Assembly (NCBI GenBank): GCA_964396385.1
Contig: CAYNFH010000003.1
Span: 12,178 to 76,177, forward strand
DNA: 64,000 nucleotides
DNA from: an uncultured Chthonomonadaceae bacterium
GTDB taxonomy: Bacteria; Armatimonadota; Chthonomonadetes; Chthonomonadales; CAJBBX01
Direction of reading: 5' to 3'
The notes beneath the pieces are model-generated. The model saw only the letters and a program-made list of their open reading frames with translations, searched no databases and was not told the origin of the DNA. Below, piece after piece: positions 62,041 through 64,000 of the stretch (within the stretch, counting starts at the first letter, position 1; each line of letters begins with the position of its first letter). Both the position numbers and the translations under genes were made by a program.

Positions 62041-62688
62041 ATGGGACTTACGAAAGCTACCATCACAAACCTGGAAACGAACGAGCAGATTTCGTGCAAG
62101 TTCAACCCCACCGAGTACACGATTAACAAGGAGAACTCCTGGAAGAGCAAGCCGGTGGTGGGAAAGAACGTGCCCAAGCTGGAGTTCACGGGCGGTGGCG
62201 CGCAGATACTGACCATGGAGCTCTTCTTCGACGCCCACGAGGATAAGGGCGATGTCCGCGTCGATGTGAAGAAGCTGATGGCGCTCACCCTCATCCACCC
62301 GAAGCCGAAGAACGACAAGACCAAGCGCTCGCGGCCACCCCTATGCATCTTCCAGTGGGGACCCAACTGGGAGTTCAAGGCGGCCGTCACCAAGCTTTCG
62401 GTCAAGTACACGCTCTTCCATCAAGACGGCACGCCTGTCAGGGCGACGGCCAACATTACCTTCCAGGAGGCGGAGGACGAGAAGGAGCAGAAGAAGACCA
62501 ACCCCACCTCCTACTCGGAGCCCGGCCGCAAGCGTAGGGAGGTCCGGCCGCACGATACCCTGGCGCTGATCGCCTTTGAGGAGTTCGGCGACCCCACCTT
62601 GTGGCGGCAGATCGCCGATGAGAACCGGCTGGACGACCCCCTCTCGCTGCATGCCGGCCAGATCATCTCTATCCCGCCGCGCGCGTAA
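62041..62688 (+). CDS. Tube-initiator-like protein with a C-terminal LysM domain (Afp7/Pvc7-like)
   Basis: FNPTEYTINKENSWK...LEFTGGGAQILTMELFFD is tube-fold-like. LysM region is HDTLALIAFEEFGDPTLWRQIADENRLDDPLSLHAGQIISIP. Confidence 0.8.
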   Translation: MGLTKATITNLETNEQISCKFNPTEYTINKENSWKSKPVVGKNVPKLEFTGGGAQILTMELFFDAHEDKGDVRVDVKKLMALTLIHPKPKNDKTKRSRPPLCIFQWGPNWEFKAAVTKLSVKYTLFHQDGTPVRATANITFQEAEDEKEQKKTNPTSYSEPGRKRREVRPHDTLALIAFEEFGDPTLWRQIADENRLDDPLSLHAGQIISIPPRA

Positions 62689-62701
62689 CCGTGGAATACC
62701 C

Positions 62702-64000
62702 ATGGCTCAAGAACCGCACGTACCGCAATTCAACCTGAAGATAAACGGGCAGCAAGCGCCTAAAGAGGTGATGGACCAGATGCTCGACTGTACGGTCGAG
62801 AACAGCCTCCACCTGCCCGACATGTGCACCGTCCGCATCCACGACGCTGGCTTTAAGTGGCTGGACGAGCAGGTCTTCCGCGAGGGTAAGAAGATGGAGG
62901 TGGAGGGAAGTGAAGGCGAGTCCGCGCCGCTAGCCTCCCTATTCAAGGGGGAGATCACGGGGCTGGAGCTGGACCTGGCCGGGCACGGCGTCCCCACGCT
63001 GGTGGTGCGCTGCTTCGACCGCGCACACCGCCTCCACCGAGGGCGGATGAGCCGCTCCTTCGTGCAGGTCACCGACACGGACATCGTGCGGAAGGTGGGC
63101 GAGGAAGCCGGATTCAGCGTCGAGGCAGATGGGGCGACCGAAGTGTACGACTGGGTGATGCAGAACAACCAGACGAACTGGGAGTTTCTCACGGACCGCG
63201 CGCGGCGGATCGGCTACCGCCTCTACGTGAAGGACGCCGACAAGCTGTGCTTCAAGAAGGTGCAGGAGCCTACCGGCGACACTATCCAGCTCGATTGGGG
63301 CAAGAACCTCCGCTCCTTCCGTCCGCGCACGTCCGCATCGCCCCAGGTAGATGAGGTGACGGTCCGCGGATGGGACCCCGGGCGCAAGGAGCCGATCATC
63401 GGCCGGTGCACGAACGCGGCGGGGACGCCGGACGTGGGCGAGGATCGTCGGGGCGGAGAGGTCGGACACAAAGCGTTCGGAGCGGCGCGGATGGTGCTGG
63501 TGGACCAGCCTATCCAGACGCAGAATGAGGCCGATAACCTGGCGCGATCCATCTGCGATTCTATCGGCAACAGCTTCCTGGAGGCGGAGGGGCTCTGCTA
63601 CGCGGTACCCGGGCTGATGCCGGGGAAGGTGGTGGAGATCAAGAACATCGGCCGGAGGTTCAGCGGCAAGTACTACGTGACCGCTACGACCCACACCTAT
63701 ACGCCGGGAGAGGGCTACTCCACGCTCTTCGCCGTGAGCGGCAAGCAGCCGGGCACGCTGCTCTCGCTGCTGGACGGCGAGGACGCCGCGGCGCGGATGA
63801 AGCTGGGGGGCAATATCGTCATCGGCGTGGTAACCAACAACCAGGATCCGGAGGACCGCGGGCGGGTCAAGGTCCGGTACCCTTGGCTCTGCGACCAGGA
63901 CGAGAGCTACTGGGTGCGCGTGGCGGCACCCATGGCCGGTGCGGGTCGCGGCTTCTACTACATTCCCGAGGTGGACGACGAGGTGCTGGTGGCGTTTGAG
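62702..64000 (+). CDS. VgrG/gpD-gp5-like baseplate hub-spike protein (Afp8/Pvc8-like), 3' end off window
   Basis: Not in the track because it is open to the edge. My translation from ATG 62702 gives MAQEPHVPQFNLKINGQQAP...VENSLHLPDMCTVRIHD...QNNQTNWEFLTDRARRIGYRLYV...GKYYVTATTHTY...GVVTNNQDPEDRGRVKVRYPWL...YWVRVAAPMAG...YIPEVDDEVLVAFE. Confidence 0.88.
   Translation, partial: MAQEPHVPQFNLKINGQQAPKEVMDQMLDCTVENSLHLPDMCTVRIHDAGFKWLDEQVFREGKKMEVEGSEGESAPLASLFKGEITGLELDLAGHGVPTLVVRCFDRAHRLHRGRMSRSFVQVTDTDIVRKVGEEAGFSVEADGATEVYDWVMQNNQTNWEFLTDRARRIGYRLYVKDADKLCFKKVQEPTGDTIQLDWGKNLRSFRPRTSASPQVDEVTVRGWDPGRKEPIIGRCTNAAGTPDVGEDRRGGEVGHKAFGAARMVLVDQPIQTQNEADNLARSICDSIGNSFLEAEGLCYAVPGLMPGKVVEIKNIGRRFSGKYYVTATTHTYTPGEGYSTLFAVSGKQPGTLLSLLDGEDAAARMKLGGNIVIGVVTNNQDPEDRGRVKVRYPWLCDQDESYWVRVAAPMAGAGRGFYYIPEVDDEVLVAFE

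Noticed and set aside
59145-62411. Long minus-strand ORFs (374 aa and 332 aa) antisense to the 1043-aa gene
   Set aside because: Their composition is as uninformative as the sense strand, but the sense ORF is uninterrupted for 3.1 kb. It also fits operon polarity and spacing with its neighbours and ends in a motif shared with another CIS protein.

Overview
Visibly GC-rich bacterial chromosomal window with no rRNA, tRNA, CRISPR array or recognisable IS/transposase. Many long antisense or out-of-frame ORFs in the track are GC artefacts, so calls rest on family motifs I could read in the translations. The left ~35 kb mixes housekeeping and accessory genes. These include a partial S15/CocE-type hydrolase, glutamine-dependent NAD synthetase, cydAB, two aldo/keto reductases with a large membrane protein, a 2-hydroxyacid dehydrogenase, a HisKA_2-type sensor kinase and a GNAT. 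There are several toxin-antitoxin modules and gene remnants (vapBC, higBA, a truncated Gp49/RelE-like toxin, a PIN fragment, a pRiA4b fragment). Two paralogous cassettes each pair a membrane-anchored LuxR-HTH/NHL-propeller regulator with a secreted beta-propeller protein (Kelch, RCC1). The right ~28 kb holds the most interesting system, a phage-tail-like contractile injection system (eCIS/CIS) locus on the + strand (45.3 kb to the window end). It encodes a DUF4255 cap-like protein, sheath, two tube proteins, a chaperone-like gene followed by a start-less ORF in the -1 frame, an AAA+ ATPase, three tandem DUF4157-leader cargo genes, a 1043-aa low-complexity tape-measure-like protein, a LysM tube initiator and a VgrG-like hub. 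Two cargo genes share a 626-bp 100%-identical module, and one carries a deaminase-like C-terminus. Divergently transcribed from this locus is a translationally coupled operon of a secreted caspase, a LysM/SH3/NlpC-P60 hydrolase, a His->Arg pseudo-caspase and a CuAO-N/DUF4352-like protein, followed by a SARP-NB-ARC-TPR regulator. Intergenic DNA carries two unusual repeat classes: hairpins whose arms are short tandem 5-8-nt units, often between co-transcribed genes, and two islands of perfect palindromes with conserved AATTTG/CAAATT ends and covarying cores.
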